From: an uncultured Gammaproteobacteria bacterium
GTDB lineage: Bacteria; Patescibacteriota; Patescibacteriia; JACPL01; CAZRYK01
Direction of reading: 5' to 3'
Assembly (NCBI GenBank): GCA_964604315.1
Contig: CAZRYK010000002.1
Location: 267-64,266, forward strand
DNA length: 64,000 nt
Made by a program: the position numbers and the translations under genes. Position 1 is the first letter of the stretch. Each line of letters opens with the position of its first letter. Below, piece by piece: positions 28,694-38,680 of this stretch. The notes under the pieces are model-generated. The model was given only the letters and a program-made list of their open reading frames with translations. It was not told where the DNA came from and searched no databases.

Positions 28694-30265
28694 ATGGCCA
28701 ATATTGAAGTGCAAAAAATTTACAAATCGTTTGATAATAGAAGGGTGTTAGACAACATCTCTTTTGATGTTAAAGAAGGCGAAATTATTTCCATACTTGG
28801 TCCGTCTGGTTGCGGAAAAACAACATTGCTAAAATGCATTTTAGGTCTAGAGTCTCCCGATAACGGCAGTATTTTTATAGATTCAGAAGAACAACTCGAA
28901 TGGTTAAATAATAAGCGCATTGCTTATGTCCCCCAAAAATACGCTAACTTCAATCATTTAACCATTGAGCAAAATATTTTAACGGCGTTGCACAATTCAA
29001 CACAAAATAAAAATCAAAAAATAGATCATATTTTAAAAAGTGTCGGGTTGGATAAGCATAAAAAAATGTATCCCGGCTGGCTTTCTGGTGGAATGCAACA
29101 GAGATTAGCTCTTGCACGCGCTTTAGCTCAAGATACAGATATTATTGCTTTTGACGAATCGCTTAATGCGTTAGATGTTGAAACTCGCCACCAAATGCAG
29201 GAATTGATTTTGGAATTATGGGCGGAGGGTAAAAAAACAATATTATTCGTTACTCACGACATTGAGGAGGCACTATTTTTATCTAAAAGAATTGTAGTAA
29301 TGGGAACGAAACCCGGAATTGTCAGAGAAATTTTGGATATTCCTTTTGCTTATCCTCGCAAATCAACGCTTCGTTTTGATGAGGAATTTCAAAAAATCCG
29401 TCGTGCCCTGTCTTACATTGTTCGTTCAGAAACGATCAAGAGTAAACTTTCCGAAGGAGAGCCAATAGAAAGTTCAGCGTTTAAGATTGGGCTTTATTAC
29501 TGGCCTGGCAATAGTCCATTTTTTTATGCTCAAGACAAAGGATTATTTGACAAATACTCGCTTCCAGTTGAGCTGATTTCTTTTAATGATAACCGTCAAA
29601 AAATTGATTATTGGAAATCAGATAAAATAGATATTTTGAATGTTACCGTGGATACGGCGCTTCGCCTGAAAAAAGAAATGCCGGATGTAGAAATTATCGC
29701 CGGACTTAATATTTCGCATGGCGGCGATGCTTTAATAAGCCGTGAAAACATTGAGCCCTTTAAAAAAATAAAGGGAAAAAAAATTGCGTTAGAAAAAGGA
29801 GAAATTAGTGAATTCTTTTTGAAATATATTTTGTATAAAAACGGATTAAAATTTGACGATGTTATCATTAAAGATATGAAAGGCGATGAAATTGGCACTG
29901 CGCTCATTAACGGAAGTGTTGACGCCGCTGTGCTGTGGGAACCGTGGCTTTCAAAAGCGATTGAACTATCACGAGCGAATGTCGTTGCCACCAGTAAAGA
30001 TTATTCCGTATTCGCCGATGTTTTAATTGCTAAAAAAAGTTTTGTAAAAAAATATACAGAAGAGATAAAAAAGCTAAAAAATATCTGGAAAGAATCTATT
30101 GAATTTTATTTAAAAAATGGCAAAGATTTTATTCGTTCGATAGCTCCAATTGTAGGATTAAGTAGCCAAGAGCTTACACAACAATTGGAAAAGATTGAAT
30201 TTTTTGACGGGTCGACTGATGAGATAATCAAGATAGGTAGAGAAATAAAAGATGTAATAGAATAA
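28694..30265 (+). CDS. ABC transporter ATP-binding protein fused to a C-terminal NMT1/SsuA-like substrate-binding-type domain
   Basis: Walker A GPSGCGKTT, signature LSGGMQQR, and Walker B DIIAFDE. Roughly 270 residues follow, resembling periplasmic NMT1-like binding proteins (IGLYYWPGNSPFFYAQDKG...). Confidence 0.75.
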   Translation: MANIEVQKIYKSFDNRRVLDNISFDVKEGEIISILGPSGCGKTTLLKCILGLESPDNGSIFIDSEEQLEWLNNKRIAYVPQKYANFNHLTIEQNILTALHNSTQNKNQKIDHILKSVGLDKHKKMYPGWLSGGMQQRLALARALAQDTDIIAFDESLNALDVETRHQMQELILELWAEGKKTILFVTHDIEEALFLSKRIVVMGTKPGIVREILDIPFAYPRKSTLRFDEEFQKIRRALSYIVRSETIKSKLSEGEPIESSAFKIGLYYWPGNSPFFYAQDKGLFDKYSLPVELISFNDNRQKIDYWKSDKIDILNVTVDTALRLKKEMPDVEIIAGLNISHGGDALISRENIEPFKKIKGKKIALEKGEISEFFLKYILYKNGLKFDDVIIKDMKGDEIGTALINGSVDAAVLWEPWLSKAIELSRANVVATSKDYSVFADVLIAKKSFVKKYTEEIKKLKNIWKESIEFYLKNGKDFIRSIAPIVGLSSQELTQQLEKIEFFDGSTDEIIKIGREIKDVIE

Positions 30266-30408
30266 AAATCTAAAAAGGTGGAGCGCCAGTTTTATTGGCA
30301 CGAAATTTGGCGGCAAAGGGTGCGCGAGCGGAATTGTGTAATTCCACGATGGTAACATGGAGGGAACCCCTACCGCCGTGACATTTTAAGAATATTGAAA
30401 TTAGATTA

Positions 30409-31143
30409 CTACGGCAAAGGCTTGGCTGATTTCCATGCCGCGTCAAAAAGCGCGCGCATTGTTCCGGTGATTGTGGCGTCTTCAATACGCACAACAAAAA
30501 GATTCCATTCATGAACACGGAAGAGGGCGACAACATTGCCATAGACGGCGTTGTCATTGAGAATATCGCCATTCAAGATTCGAGCTTCGTACGTTCGCCC
30601 AGCGGACAACGCAAAACGCTTGACACTGCGCTTCACGTCTGGGCGATTCGGCACTAACTCTACCGTACGAACCTGATTATGGCGAATCGCCTCTGCCATA
30701 CTCTGAATTTCTTTGGGGAAGATTTTTTCAATATCCGAGAGAGCAGACCAAAAACGCACCGCCGATGCCCGTTCGATTTCTTTATAAATCTGGCGCAAAC
30801 CCCCGCGGCCTTCAAAAACCGTAATGGATGGTTTTCCGGCTGTTTGATCGCGCAACCGAGACATTTCTTTTAGGGATTCTTGAAAGTCTGTGAGCTGGTC
30901 GCGCAACTTTTGCTCAATGCGGGTGGGGTCGCAAGCTTGATAATAGGTTCTTTTGCCAATAGGGACTTTTTCCAGCAGACCACAGGAAAGGAGCTCGTCG
31001 ATATGTTCATACACCGAGGATCGTTTTATGCCGCTTGCCGAGGCAATTTTTTGTATAGAGGCGATTCCTAGGGGGAGAGTTGCAAGATAAAGAGAGGCCG
31101 CGCGTTTACTCACCCCCAAGGATTGGATTATTTCATTGTGCAT
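30409..31143 (-). CDS. TrmB-family transcriptional regulator (paralog 2)
   Basis: wHTH LGVSKRAASLYLATLPLGIASIQKIASASGIKRSSVYEHIDELLSCGLLEK plus a TrmB-type C-terminal domain. Confidence 0.75.
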   Translation of the reverse strand: MHNEIIQSLGVSKRAASLYLATLPLGIASIQKIASASGIKRSSVYEHIDELLSCGLLEKVPIGKRTYYQACDPTRIEQKLRDQLTDFQESLKEMSRLRDQTAGKPSITVFEGRGGLRQIYKEIERASAVRFWSALSDIEKIFPKEIQSMAEAIRHNQVRTVELVPNRPDVKRSVKRFALSAGRTYEARILNGDILNDNAVYGNVVALFRVHEWNLFVVRIEDATITGTMRALFDAAWKSAKPLP

Positions 31144-31317
31144 AATCTGTCGGAGAATTCGACACTTTTAAGATTATTATACTCAAGAAGTCTAATAAAA
31201 TCAATAGTCTATTTAAAATGATCAAAACAAGATAGATATTTTCTCGGCAATATCATACGATAACGCGTCTTTTCGTTGTGAAAGTCACAGCGAAAAAGGC
31301 GCTGATACGGAGGTAGT

Positions 31318-31533
31318 ATGAGGTATGTATTTCTGGCCATCCGAACCAAGGGCGGGCAGTGTTACCCGTACTTTCGGGTACTGGAGGAAGTCGAAGCGGT
31401 GAAAGATGAAGTTCTTTTTCGATTCGACTTCGACGTCGAATGTTCAGAAGATTATGAGCGCGCAATAGTAAGAGCGCGCACAGAAGCCGAGAGGCGGGGA
31501 ATCCGCCTCGAGGGTATCGACAACCTCCCTTAG
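31318..31533 (+). CDS. small GC-rich ORF, family member A (hypothetical)
   Basis: GGAGGT Shine-Dalgarno 5 nt before the ATG. The segment DFDVECSEDYERAIVRA...RRGIR resembles NVDASEEEISAIGES...LRGMR of the ORF at 37440-37631. It lies in a local GC-rich islet and overlaps a minus-strand ORF, so the coding strand is not certain. Confidence 0.35.
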   Translation: MRYVFLAIRTKGGQCYPYFRVLEEVEAVKDEVLFRFDFDVECSEDYERAIVRARTEAERRGIRLEGIDNLP

Positions 31534-31922
31534 GCCTTGGGCTTCCCGCTCTGTCGGTAAAACGCAGATGCGCGGAAGCCCTTTGCGGCGGATCACAAGA
31601 TGGTCCGCCGCGTTGGAATTTAGGGCTTGTCCATAAATAACGTTTTCAAGTTCGCTCATATTTGTGCCAGATTTGTCAGAATAAAATCTGAAGAATAGCG
31701 AGCTATTGTGAAGATTTTTTCTGATCAAAGATGGCATAAAGATGAGATGAAATTGGGAAGGTTATTTATGGACAAGGCCTTAGCGCGCGAACATCTTTTA
31801 ATGGGGAAAATATCGCTTTCTTTTATTTGACGGTAAGCCCGTTTTTTGCTAACCTAAAAAGGCTTTGCGTTGAGGAGGAAACAAAAAGAAGAGAAAAGAA
31901 AGATCACTAAAAGAACATCACG

Positions 31923-33089
31923 ATGCGATTTCTTTCTTCGGGGCAAGCAAAGAGATCATGGCAGCGCGTAGTCGCCAGCGCTGTTTGTGTTTCTTTTGCA
32001 TTTGGTTTTGCCACCCCGGTGTCGTTTGCAGACACAACAATGGTTGTGCCGACACCAACCCTCAATGCCCCAGCACAGGGTACGGTGGTGCCTGACGGTA
32101 GTCCGGTGATTACCGGTTGGGTCACAAGTGGATTATTGGTCGAGATCCATATTGACGGTAGCTTCAATGGATGGGCAACCGTCCAAGAGAGTGATTCGGT
32201 AACGGACAGTTTTTATTACACGCCGTTTTTACCGTTAACTCCTGGTGGGCATTCCTACCACGCACGGGCAAAGGATCCGGAAACGGGTGAGCGCAGCATG
32301 CCGACGCAAGAAATCGCATTTCTTGTGGCGGAAAAATTGCCAGCGCCAACCGTTCTGACGCCTGTTGTACGTGCCTCACAATCGCTTCAGCCTCTTGTTG
32401 TAGGGTTAACCTACGGCAATACGACGGTAGAAGTGTTTGTTGATGGAATGTCCCAAGGAAAAGTGACGGTACAAGGCGACCCTGTAAAAGTGGATGATTT
32501 TGCCCTGCAAACCGCGGCGCTTTCCGAAGGCACGCACATGGTTTATGCAGTGGCCACAGACTCTCTTGGTCGAACAAGCATGCATTCGGACGATGTAGAC
32601 TTTACGGTTTCCAAGCCGAAAGTGAGCACAGCAAACACGACGACGTCCGAAGGCGCGCAAAAACCATCGGAAACAGCAAACGAATCTTCGCAAGATGAAA
32701 CCACGGAAAGCGCAAACGACGATGCAGTGGTGTTAGGCGAAGAAGATGATACAGCAGACGATTCCGATGATGTTGCGCCAACCGACGAAGATGACAACGC
32801 CACAGAAGATACGGATGAAGAAACCAATACCAATGAAGAAGCCACAACAACCGACGACGCGGACGATGACAACAATGATCGTTCCGCGCTCGTGACGTGG
32901 ATTGTGGTGATTGCGGTATTGGTGATTATCTTGGCGTTACGCCTGCGCGGAAATTCCGGCGGGAAAACAGGAACAGATGGTACAGCACGCTCCGTGTTTA
33001 CCGGCGACCATTCTTCGAATCCGACAACGGAAACGAAGGATGATGTTCCCCCACCCCCACCTCCGCCACCGTCAAGTTCTTCGTATTAG
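31923..33089 (+). CDS. cell-surface protein: signal peptide, Ig-like domains, acidic low-complexity stalk, C-terminal TM anchor and poly-Pro tail
   Basis: N-terminal hydrophobic signal, repeated beta-sandwich-like modules, a D/E/T-rich region, then a VIAVLVIILAL helix and PPPPPPPPSSSSY. Confidence 0.5.
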   Translation: MRFLSSGQAKRSWQRVVASAVCVSFAFGFATPVSFADTTMVVPTPTLNAPAQGTVVPDGSPVITGWVTSGLLVEIHIDGSFNGWATVQESDSVTDSFYYTPFLPLTPGGHSYHARAKDPETGERSMPTQEIAFLVAEKLPAPTVLTPVVRASQSLQPLVVGLTYGNTTVEVFVDGMSQGKVTVQGDPVKVDDFALQTAALSEGTHMVYAVATDSLGRTSMHSDDVDFTVSKPKVSTANTTTSEGAQKPSETANESSQDETTESANDDAVVLGEEDDTADDSDDVAPTDEDDNATEDTDEETNTNEEATTTDDADDDNNDRSALVTWIVVIAVLVIILALRLRGNSGGKTGTDGTARSVFTGDHSSNPTTETKDDVPPPPPPPPSSSSY

Positions 33090-33264
33090 TTCCGACTTTC
33101 AAAACATCCCTGGGCGTCCCCCGGGGATGTTTGTTGTTACGGGTTCCGAACCTGTACAAGTTCGAAACCTGTAAATGGAAAACTTGACAGGCGGCGGCGG
33201 GTTTTCTATACTAGACACAAGTATCCTTCATAGGATGCTCTTTTTTTCACTCTAAAAAAACATT

Positions 33265-34611
33265 ATGTCAACCGATATCCAAAAAGCCATTCAACAAATT
33301 GCGGAAGAAAAAAATCTTTCTGTCGAGTCGATTATCGAAACCATCGAAGCGGCGTTGGCTGTTGCCTACCGCAAAGATTTTGGCGAAAAAAACCAAAACA
33401 TTGTGGTCGAGTTTGAACCTGCAACAGGGCAGTCTCAAGTGTTCGATGAAAAAACCGTGACCGACAAAATTCCCGAACCTGAAGAAGAGATAAAGGAAGG
33501 CGAAGAGCCCAAAGAGATGATGAGACCTTTTGAGAAAAAAGACGAGCGCGGTGAAATAGTGGAGCTCTCGGAAGAAGAGCGTCCTTTTGATCCCCGTCGG
33601 GAAGTCACCGTAGAGGATGCCAAAAAGTTGAAAGCCGATGCTGTGGTAGGCGATGTGATTCGCACCGAATTAGAAGTGCCGGCGGCGTATGGTCGCATGG
33701 CGGCACAAACCGCCAAACAAGTGATTATTCAAAAATTGCGCGAGGCAGAACGCCAAATGGTCTACGAGGAATTTAAAGATAAGCAAGGAACCTTAATTAC
33801 CGGAAACGTGCAACGCCAAGAAGGCCGTTTGGTGATTGTGGACTTAGGTCGTGCAACAGGTTTAGTGCCACCTAAAGAAACCATTTATGGCGAACGCTTA
33901 AGCCCGGGTCAACGGTTAAAGTTTTATATTGTGGCCGTGAATCAAACGCCCAAAGGCCCAGAGATTTTATTGTCGCGCTCGCATCCGGACATGGTTAAAG
34001 TTTTGTTCACGATGGAAGTGCCAGAGGTTGAATCCGGCACCGTGGAAATTAAAGCAGTGGCGCGTGAAGCGGGAATACGCTCCAAGATTGCGGTGGTGAG
34101 CCACGATTCCAGCATTGACCCGGTGGGAAGTTGCGTGGGCCAACGGGGTACGCGCGTGCAAACTGTGATTTCGGAATTGGGCGGAGAAAAAATCGACATC
34201 ATCGAGCATAACGACGACCCGGTGAAGTTTATTGTAAACGCCCTGTCCCCTGCCAAAGTCCTGTCCGTAAAGTTGTACCCCGAAGAAAAACGCGCCGAGG
34301 CCGAAGTGAAAGAAGATCAGTTATCGTTGGCGATTGGTAAAAGCGGACAGAATGTGCGGCTTTCGGCAAAACTCACGGGGTGGAAGATTGACATCTTAAA
34401 AGAAGATGGTACGTCGGCCGCCGCGCCTAAAGAAGAGAAAGAAACCGAAGCGTCGGTTGATGAAAAAATTGAACAGCCTGAAGAAAAAACTGCCGAAAGT
34501 GAAACCGCGGTAGAAGCAGTAGAAACGGTTGCAGAAAAACCCGAAGAAAAGGCCGAAGAAAAGTCTGCGGAACAATCCGACGACAAACAACCTTCAAACG
34601 ATCAACAATAA
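33265..34611 (+). CDS. nusA: transcription termination/antitermination factor NusA (with a K/E-rich C-terminal extension)
   Basis: NusA N-terminal domain, S1 and tandem KH regions (GKSGQNVRLSAKLTGWKIDI), followed by a low-complexity EK-rich tail. Confidence 0.85.
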   Translation: MSTDIQKAIQQIAEEKNLSVESIIETIEAALAVAYRKDFGEKNQNIVVEFEPATGQSQVFDEKTVTDKIPEPEEEIKEGEEPKEMMRPFEKKDERGEIVELSEEERPFDPRREVTVEDAKKLKADAVVGDVIRTELEVPAAYGRMAAQTAKQVIIQKLREAERQMVYEEFKDKQGTLITGNVQRQEGRLVIVDLGRATGLVPPKETIYGERLSPGQRLKFYIVAVNQTPKGPEILLSRSHPDMVKVLFTMEVPEVESGTVEIKAVAREAGIRSKIAVVSHDSSIDPVGSCVGQRGTRVQTVISELGGEKIDIIEHNDDPVKFIVNALSPAKVLSVKLYPEEKRAEAEVKEDQLSLAIGKSGQNVRLSAKLTGWKIDILKEDGTSAAAPKEEKETEASVDEKIEQPEEKTAESETAVEAVETVAEKPEEKAEEKSAEQSDDKQPSNDQQ

Positions 34612-34632
34612 ATTCATCCTTAATTTGTTTTT

Positions 34633-36627
34633 ATGGATACCTTCTTAAGCTTTGCCATCATCGCGGGCGTCATTGCGCTTGTGTATGGTGTTATTTTGAT
34701 TCGCATGGTCTTAACGCTTCCGGAAGGCGATGAGAAAATGCGAAAAATTGCATCGGCGATTCAAATGGGCGCGAAAGCGTATTTGAACCGTCAAACGCGA
34801 ACCGTGGCCGTGGTTGCGGTGATTTTATTTTTACTCATTTGGTGGCAATTGAATATTCAAACAGCCGGTGGATTTTTGGTTGGCGCGGTGCTTTCTGCTG
34901 TCGCCGGTTACATTGGTATGTTAACGTCGGTGCGCGCCAATGTGCGGACCGCGGAGGCTGCTAAAGGCGGTTTAGAAAAAGCGTTGAAAGTTGCAGTGCG
35001 CGGCGGTACGGTAACAGGTTTATTGGTGGTGGGTTTGGCGTTAATTGGTGTTTCCGGCTACTATGCCATCACCAAAGACATTACCGCTCTTATTGGTTTG
35101 GGTTTTGGCGGCAGTTTAATTTCCATTTTTGCTCGCTTGGGTGGCGGGATTTATACCAAGGCCGCAGATGTGGGCGCGGATCTTGTGGGGAAGGTGGAAG
35201 CCGGAATCCCTGAAGATGACCCGCGCAACCCCGCAGTGATTGCCGATAATGTTGGTGACAATGTTGGTGATTGCGCAGGAATGGCCGCGGATCTTTTTGA
35301 GACCTACGCGGTGTCGGCTGTTGCCGCCATGTTATTTGGTTCGCTGATTTTTCCGGATTTTGACAAAGCCGTTTTGTTCCCATTGGTTTTGGGTGGCGTT
35401 GCGATTTTTGCCAGCATCATTGGAACGTGGTTCATTCGCTTGGGTAAATCCCAAAACATTATGGGCGCGCTGTATAAGGGGTTGGCGGTTGCCGGAATTT
35501 TATCGGCCGTTGCATTCTACCCCGTAACCAATAGCGTCATGGCTGACAACGGTTTGTACAGCACCAATGAACTTTTTGGTTCGGCGTTAGTCGGCTTGGT
35601 GGTGACAGCGTTATTGATCATGATTACCGAATATTACACCGCAACAAAATATAAACCCGTGCAGGCGATTGCCAAAGCCTCGGAAACAGGCCACGGCACC
35701 AACGTGATTGCGGGTTTAGGCGTGTCCATGAAAGCCACCGCCTTGCCCGTGTTGGTGATCGCGGCCGGCATTTTAGCAACCTACCAGTTGGCAGATATTT
35801 ATGGTGTAGCGATTGCGGTCATGTCCATGCTTTCCATGGCAGGGATTGTGGTCACCATCGATGCCTATGGCCCAATCACCGACAACGCCGGTGGAATTGC
35901 CGAAATGGCTGGGCTACCCGAAAGCGTACGGAATGTTACTGATCCGTTGGACGCTGTGGGCAATACCACGAAAGCCGTGACCAAGGGGTATGCCATTGGT
36001 TCCGCAGGGTTAGCCGCCGTGGTATTATTTGCAAGTTACTTAGAAGAATTTTCTGCACGCGGGCAAGATTTGATTTTCGAACTTTCGGACCCGCTAGTTT
36101 TAGTGGGGTTGTTAATTGGTGGCCTGCTTCCGTATTTGTTTGGTGCTATGGCCATGGAAGCGGTGGGGCAAACCGCCGGAGCTGTGGTGAAAGAAGTGCG
36201 CCGACAGTTTTCCGAAAACAAAGGCATTATGGATGGAACCTCGGAACCGGATTATGGACGCACCGTGGATTTGGTTACCAAAGCCGCGATTATGAAAATG
36301 ATTGTTCCGGCGTTGTTACCCGTGGTGATTCCTATTTTGGTGGGCTGGATCCTCGGGCCCGTAGCCTTAGGCGGTTTATTGATTGGTTCCATTGTGACCG
36401 GATTGTTTGTAGCCATTTCTATGACAACGGGTGGCGGCGCATGGGATAATGCCAAAAAATATATTGAAGCCGGGCACCACGGCGGCAAAGGTTCTTTGGC
36501 ACACGCCGCGGCCGTCACAGGCGACACAGTTGGTGACCCCTACAAAGACACCGCCGGCCCTGCCATTAACCCGATGATTAAGATTATCAACATTGTCGCC
36601 TTACTTCTGGTGACCCTGTTGATTTAA
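34633..36627 (+). CDS. hppA: membrane-bound proton/sodium-translocating pyrophosphatase
   Basis: [19 protein letters not shown] and DNVGDNVGD motifs of the H+-PPase family, with about 15 TM helices. Confidence 0.95.
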   Translation: MDTFLSFAIIAGVIALVYGVILIRMVLTLPEGDEKMRKIASAIQMGAKAYLNRQTRTVAVVAVILFLLIWWQLNIQTAGGFLVGAVLSAVAGYIGMLTSVRANVRTAEAAKGGLEKALKVAVRGGTVTGLLVVGLALIGVSGYYAITKDITALIGLGFGGSLISIFARLGGGIYTKAADVGADLVGKVEAGIPEDDPRNPAVIADNVGDNVGDCAGMAADLFETYAVSAVAAMLFGSLIFPDFDKAVLFPLVLGGVAIFASIIGTWFIRLGKSQNIMGALYKGLAVAGILSAVAFYPVTNSVMADNGLYSTNELFGSALVGLVVTALLIMITEYYTATKYKPVQAIAKASETGHGTNVIAGLGVSMKATALPVLVIAAGILATYQLADIYGVAIAVMSMLSMAGIVVTIDAYGPITDNAGGIAEMAGLPESVRNVTDPLDAVGNTTKAVTKGYAIGSAGLAAVVLFASYLEEFSARGQDLIFELSDPLVLVGLLIGGLLPYLFGAMAMEAVGQTAGAVVKEVRRQFSENKGIMDGTSEPDYGRTVDLVTKAAIMKMIVPALLPVVIPILVGWILGPVALGGLLIGSIVTGLFVAISMTTGGGAWDNAKKYIEAGHHGGKGSLAHAAAVTGDTVGDPYKDTAGPAINPMIKIINIVALLLVTLLI

Positions 36628-36634
36628 TTTAAAA

Positions 36635-36677
36635 GGGATCCGACCTCTAGAGATCCGACCCCTCTGGGGGTCGGATC
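36635..36677. repeat. REP-family element flanking the transposase 3' end: GGGATCCGACC-TCTAGA-GATCCGACCCC-TCTG-GGGGTCGGATC
   Basis: Direct repeat of GATCCGACC plus an 11-bp perfect hairpin. The RAYT stop codon and last 9 codons lie inside it. Confidence 0.7.
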
Positions 36678-37267
36678 TTGTTTTTGGCATTTTGAAAAAA
36701 GTGAAGATAATCAGGTGGCTCATCGGCCGCAGTATAACGCGACAAAATATCAAAGATTATTTTTGTCTCTATCCATGGTTGTTGCTCGTGAATGTACGCA
36801 TGAATACTTGAATAGGGGTAGGTTAATGGATCCGCGCCAATGTCACGAGGGTTGAGATGAATGTATCGTGTTAAATGAAGAAGATATTCATCTGACGGGA
36901 CAAGAATTGCCTTATATTTCTTTCCGAAGAGCGAGCCATCATGTTGATATTTTTTCTTATAATAAATCGTGTAAGCAGAAATCAAAGATTGCATAAAATG
37001 TGGGAGTGCGCGTTCTTGAGTTTGTTGTAGGGCTATATGATAGTGATTTGGCATCAGAGAAAGACTAATAATTTTAATGAGTCCAAAAAAGTTTTTTCTG
37101 TAGAGCATGGCGTCTGGCTCTGGTTGTGTTACAGCAGATTTTAGGAGATGGTAAAACATTCGGAAATCTTCTTCGTCGCGACAGATGTCATTTTTATCGT
37201 AACCGCGATTAAAAACATGGTAATAGCCATCTTTAACAAATGATCGAATATGGTATTTACTTGGCAT
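36647..37267 (-). mobile_element. IS200-like Y1 HUH transposase gene (PF01797 fold), resembling REP-associated tyrosine transposases (RAYT)
   Basis: 206 aa with YHVFNRG near the N-terminus, the HUH motif in MPNHYHIAL, and the catalytic-Tyr region LTRYIHLNP. A single gene with no tnpB, bracketed by REP hairpins. Confidence 0.7.
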
Positions 37268-37333
37268 ATAAAAATAGGGCGTGTTCGTAGAACGCCCATA
37301 AAACTATATTAGCATGAAAGAATATTTGGTACA

Positions 37334-37361
37334 AGGGATCCGACCTCCAGAGGTCGGATCC
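37334..37361. repeat. REP-family hairpin GGGATCCGACCT-CCAG-AGGTCGGATCCC flanking the transposase 5' side
   Basis: Perfect 12-bp inverted repeat, 67 nt upstream of the RAYT start. Confidence 0.7.
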
Positions 37362-37439
37362 CTCTGGGATTTGTTTTTGGCCGCGGGGCGGGGGTTGGTA
37401 GGATTTCTCCACCTTCCCCCTCCCCGCGTTGCGGGCCGT

Positions 37440-37631
37440 TCATCGGGCGGCGTACTCCTGTGCGGTCCGAAGACCGCGGAGAAACCACTCGATAAACGCA
37501 CGGCTCATGTCATCGGGTCGCATCCCGCGCAACGGGAGCGACTCGCCGATCGCCGAGATCTCCTCTTCGGAGGCATCGACGTTTAGTGACACGAGCCGAC
37601 GTTGCACGGCCAAGAAATTCGACGGGTACAT
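37440..37631 (-). CDS. small GC-rich ORF, family member B (hypothetical)
   Basis: GGAG Shine-Dalgarno 8 nt upstream. It sits in a roughly 500-bp GC-rich islet (37370-37900) and is followed by a GC hairpin CGCGGGGAGGGGG...CCCCCGCCCCGCG. Paralogous to the ORFs at 31318 and 54985. Confidence 0.35.
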   Translation of the reverse strand: MYPSNFLAVQRRLVSLNVDASEEEISAIGESLPLRGMRPDDMSRAFIEWFLRGLRTAQEYAAR

Positions 37632-37955
37632 GTCGTTTCTCCGAAACGAAAAAGGCCTCTTGCTCCCGCACGCGGGAACAACAAGCCTTTTGTGAAGCTT
37701 TAATTCTCCAGTAATGCCGACTGTCGGCTCCGGAGCGCATCCCCGCGGGGGACTTCTTTTACCACCTTACCGCTTCACTATGCGGGCAGGTTGGCGGGAC
37801 GTCACTGGGCGAAGTAGCCCTACGTCCTCTCTTAATGCTGTCTTTTCGAAGATCTAAAGACATCTTAACCAACCCCCCTTCTTTTGTCAAACATTGTTCG
37901 CCGCTGGAAGAATTGATAGAATAAAGTAGTAAATAAATATTTTGTAGCGATCGGA

Positions 37956-38678
37956 TTGCTGTTAAGGAATGAATCGCCGGAGGATCCAATGCTTCATTCC
38001 GTACAGCAAGCCGATCGCTATCTGATACTGCTTCTACCTATGGCTTATCCTTTAATGCGACGAACATTCTTTGACCTTTTTAGTCGCCGCTTCGACCGCC
38101 ACGTTTCTGGCTGGCAGAACCTTCCACCGTCGGGCGCGTACATTATTGCCGCCAACCACGTGAGCTATTTAGACCCCATGATTTTGTTTTCCATTTTTGT
38201 TCGCAAGACGCATTGTAAAATCTTTTTCTTAACCAAAGACGATGTTACGCGTCCGTTGGGCGATAGACTCTCCAACTACTTAGGCATGATTCCGGTGGAG
38301 CTTCACGGCGATAAATCCAAAGCCCTAGACCCGGCCATTCAAAAACTCAAACGTGGCAACGTTATTGGTATTTTTCCTGAAGGCCAGCGCAATACCGAAA
38401 AGGAATTACAAAAAGGCAAAACCGGTGCTGTGCGTTTGGCATTAGCTTCTGGTGTTCCGATTATTCCCACAGGTTTTTTTGGGCCGCCAGGATGGACAAA
38501 ACGCGAAACCGCCAAAAATTATGTGTTGCGCGGCAATGAGGTCGCGGTAAAATTTGGCCCGGCTTTAGATTTTTCCCAACACCGCAACAAAACCGTGACG
38601 CATGACCTTCTGACAACGTTAACCCGTGAGCTCATGCTAAAAATCAGTGAGCTCTGCGACAAACCGTATTCCTATTAA
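37956..38678 (+). CDS. plsC: 1-acyl-sn-glycerol-3-phosphate acyltransferase (PlsC family)
   Basis: HX4D motif NHVSYLD, the FPEGQRN motif, and a PlsC-like length. Confidence 0.75.
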   Translation: MLLRNESPEDPMLHSVQQADRYLILLLPMAYPLMRRTFFDLFSRRFDRHVSGWQNLPPSGAYIIAANHVSYLDPMILFSIFVRKTHCKIFFLTKDDVTRPLGDRLSNYLGMIPVELHGDKSKALDPAIQKLKRGNVIGIFPEGQRNTEKELQKGKTGAVRLALASGVPIIPTGFFGPPGWTKRETAKNYVLRGNEVAVKFGPALDFSQHRNKTVTHDLLTTLTRELMLKISELCDKPYSY

Positions 38679-38680
38679 CT

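Noticed and set aside
31444-31737. Minus-strand ORF with faint HicA-like pattern (HLVIRRKGLPRICVLP)
   Set aside because: It overlaps the SD-preceded plus-strand small ORF inside a GC-rich islet where both strands give long ORFs by chance. The motif match is weak and no hicB partner is present. Unresolved, so not called.
37600-37700. Possible tmRNA 5' end (AATTCGACGGG resembles UUCGACGGG)
   Set aside because: No matching tRNA-like 3' end (T-arm/acceptor), tag-peptide reading frame, or resume codon could be found nearby.
37314-37740. ORFs 37314-37586(+) and 37510-37740(-) in the GC-rich islet
   Set aside because: These are overlapping frames in high-GC DNA with no SD or motifs. Only the SD-preceded 37440-37631 ORF with paralogs elsewhere was retained.
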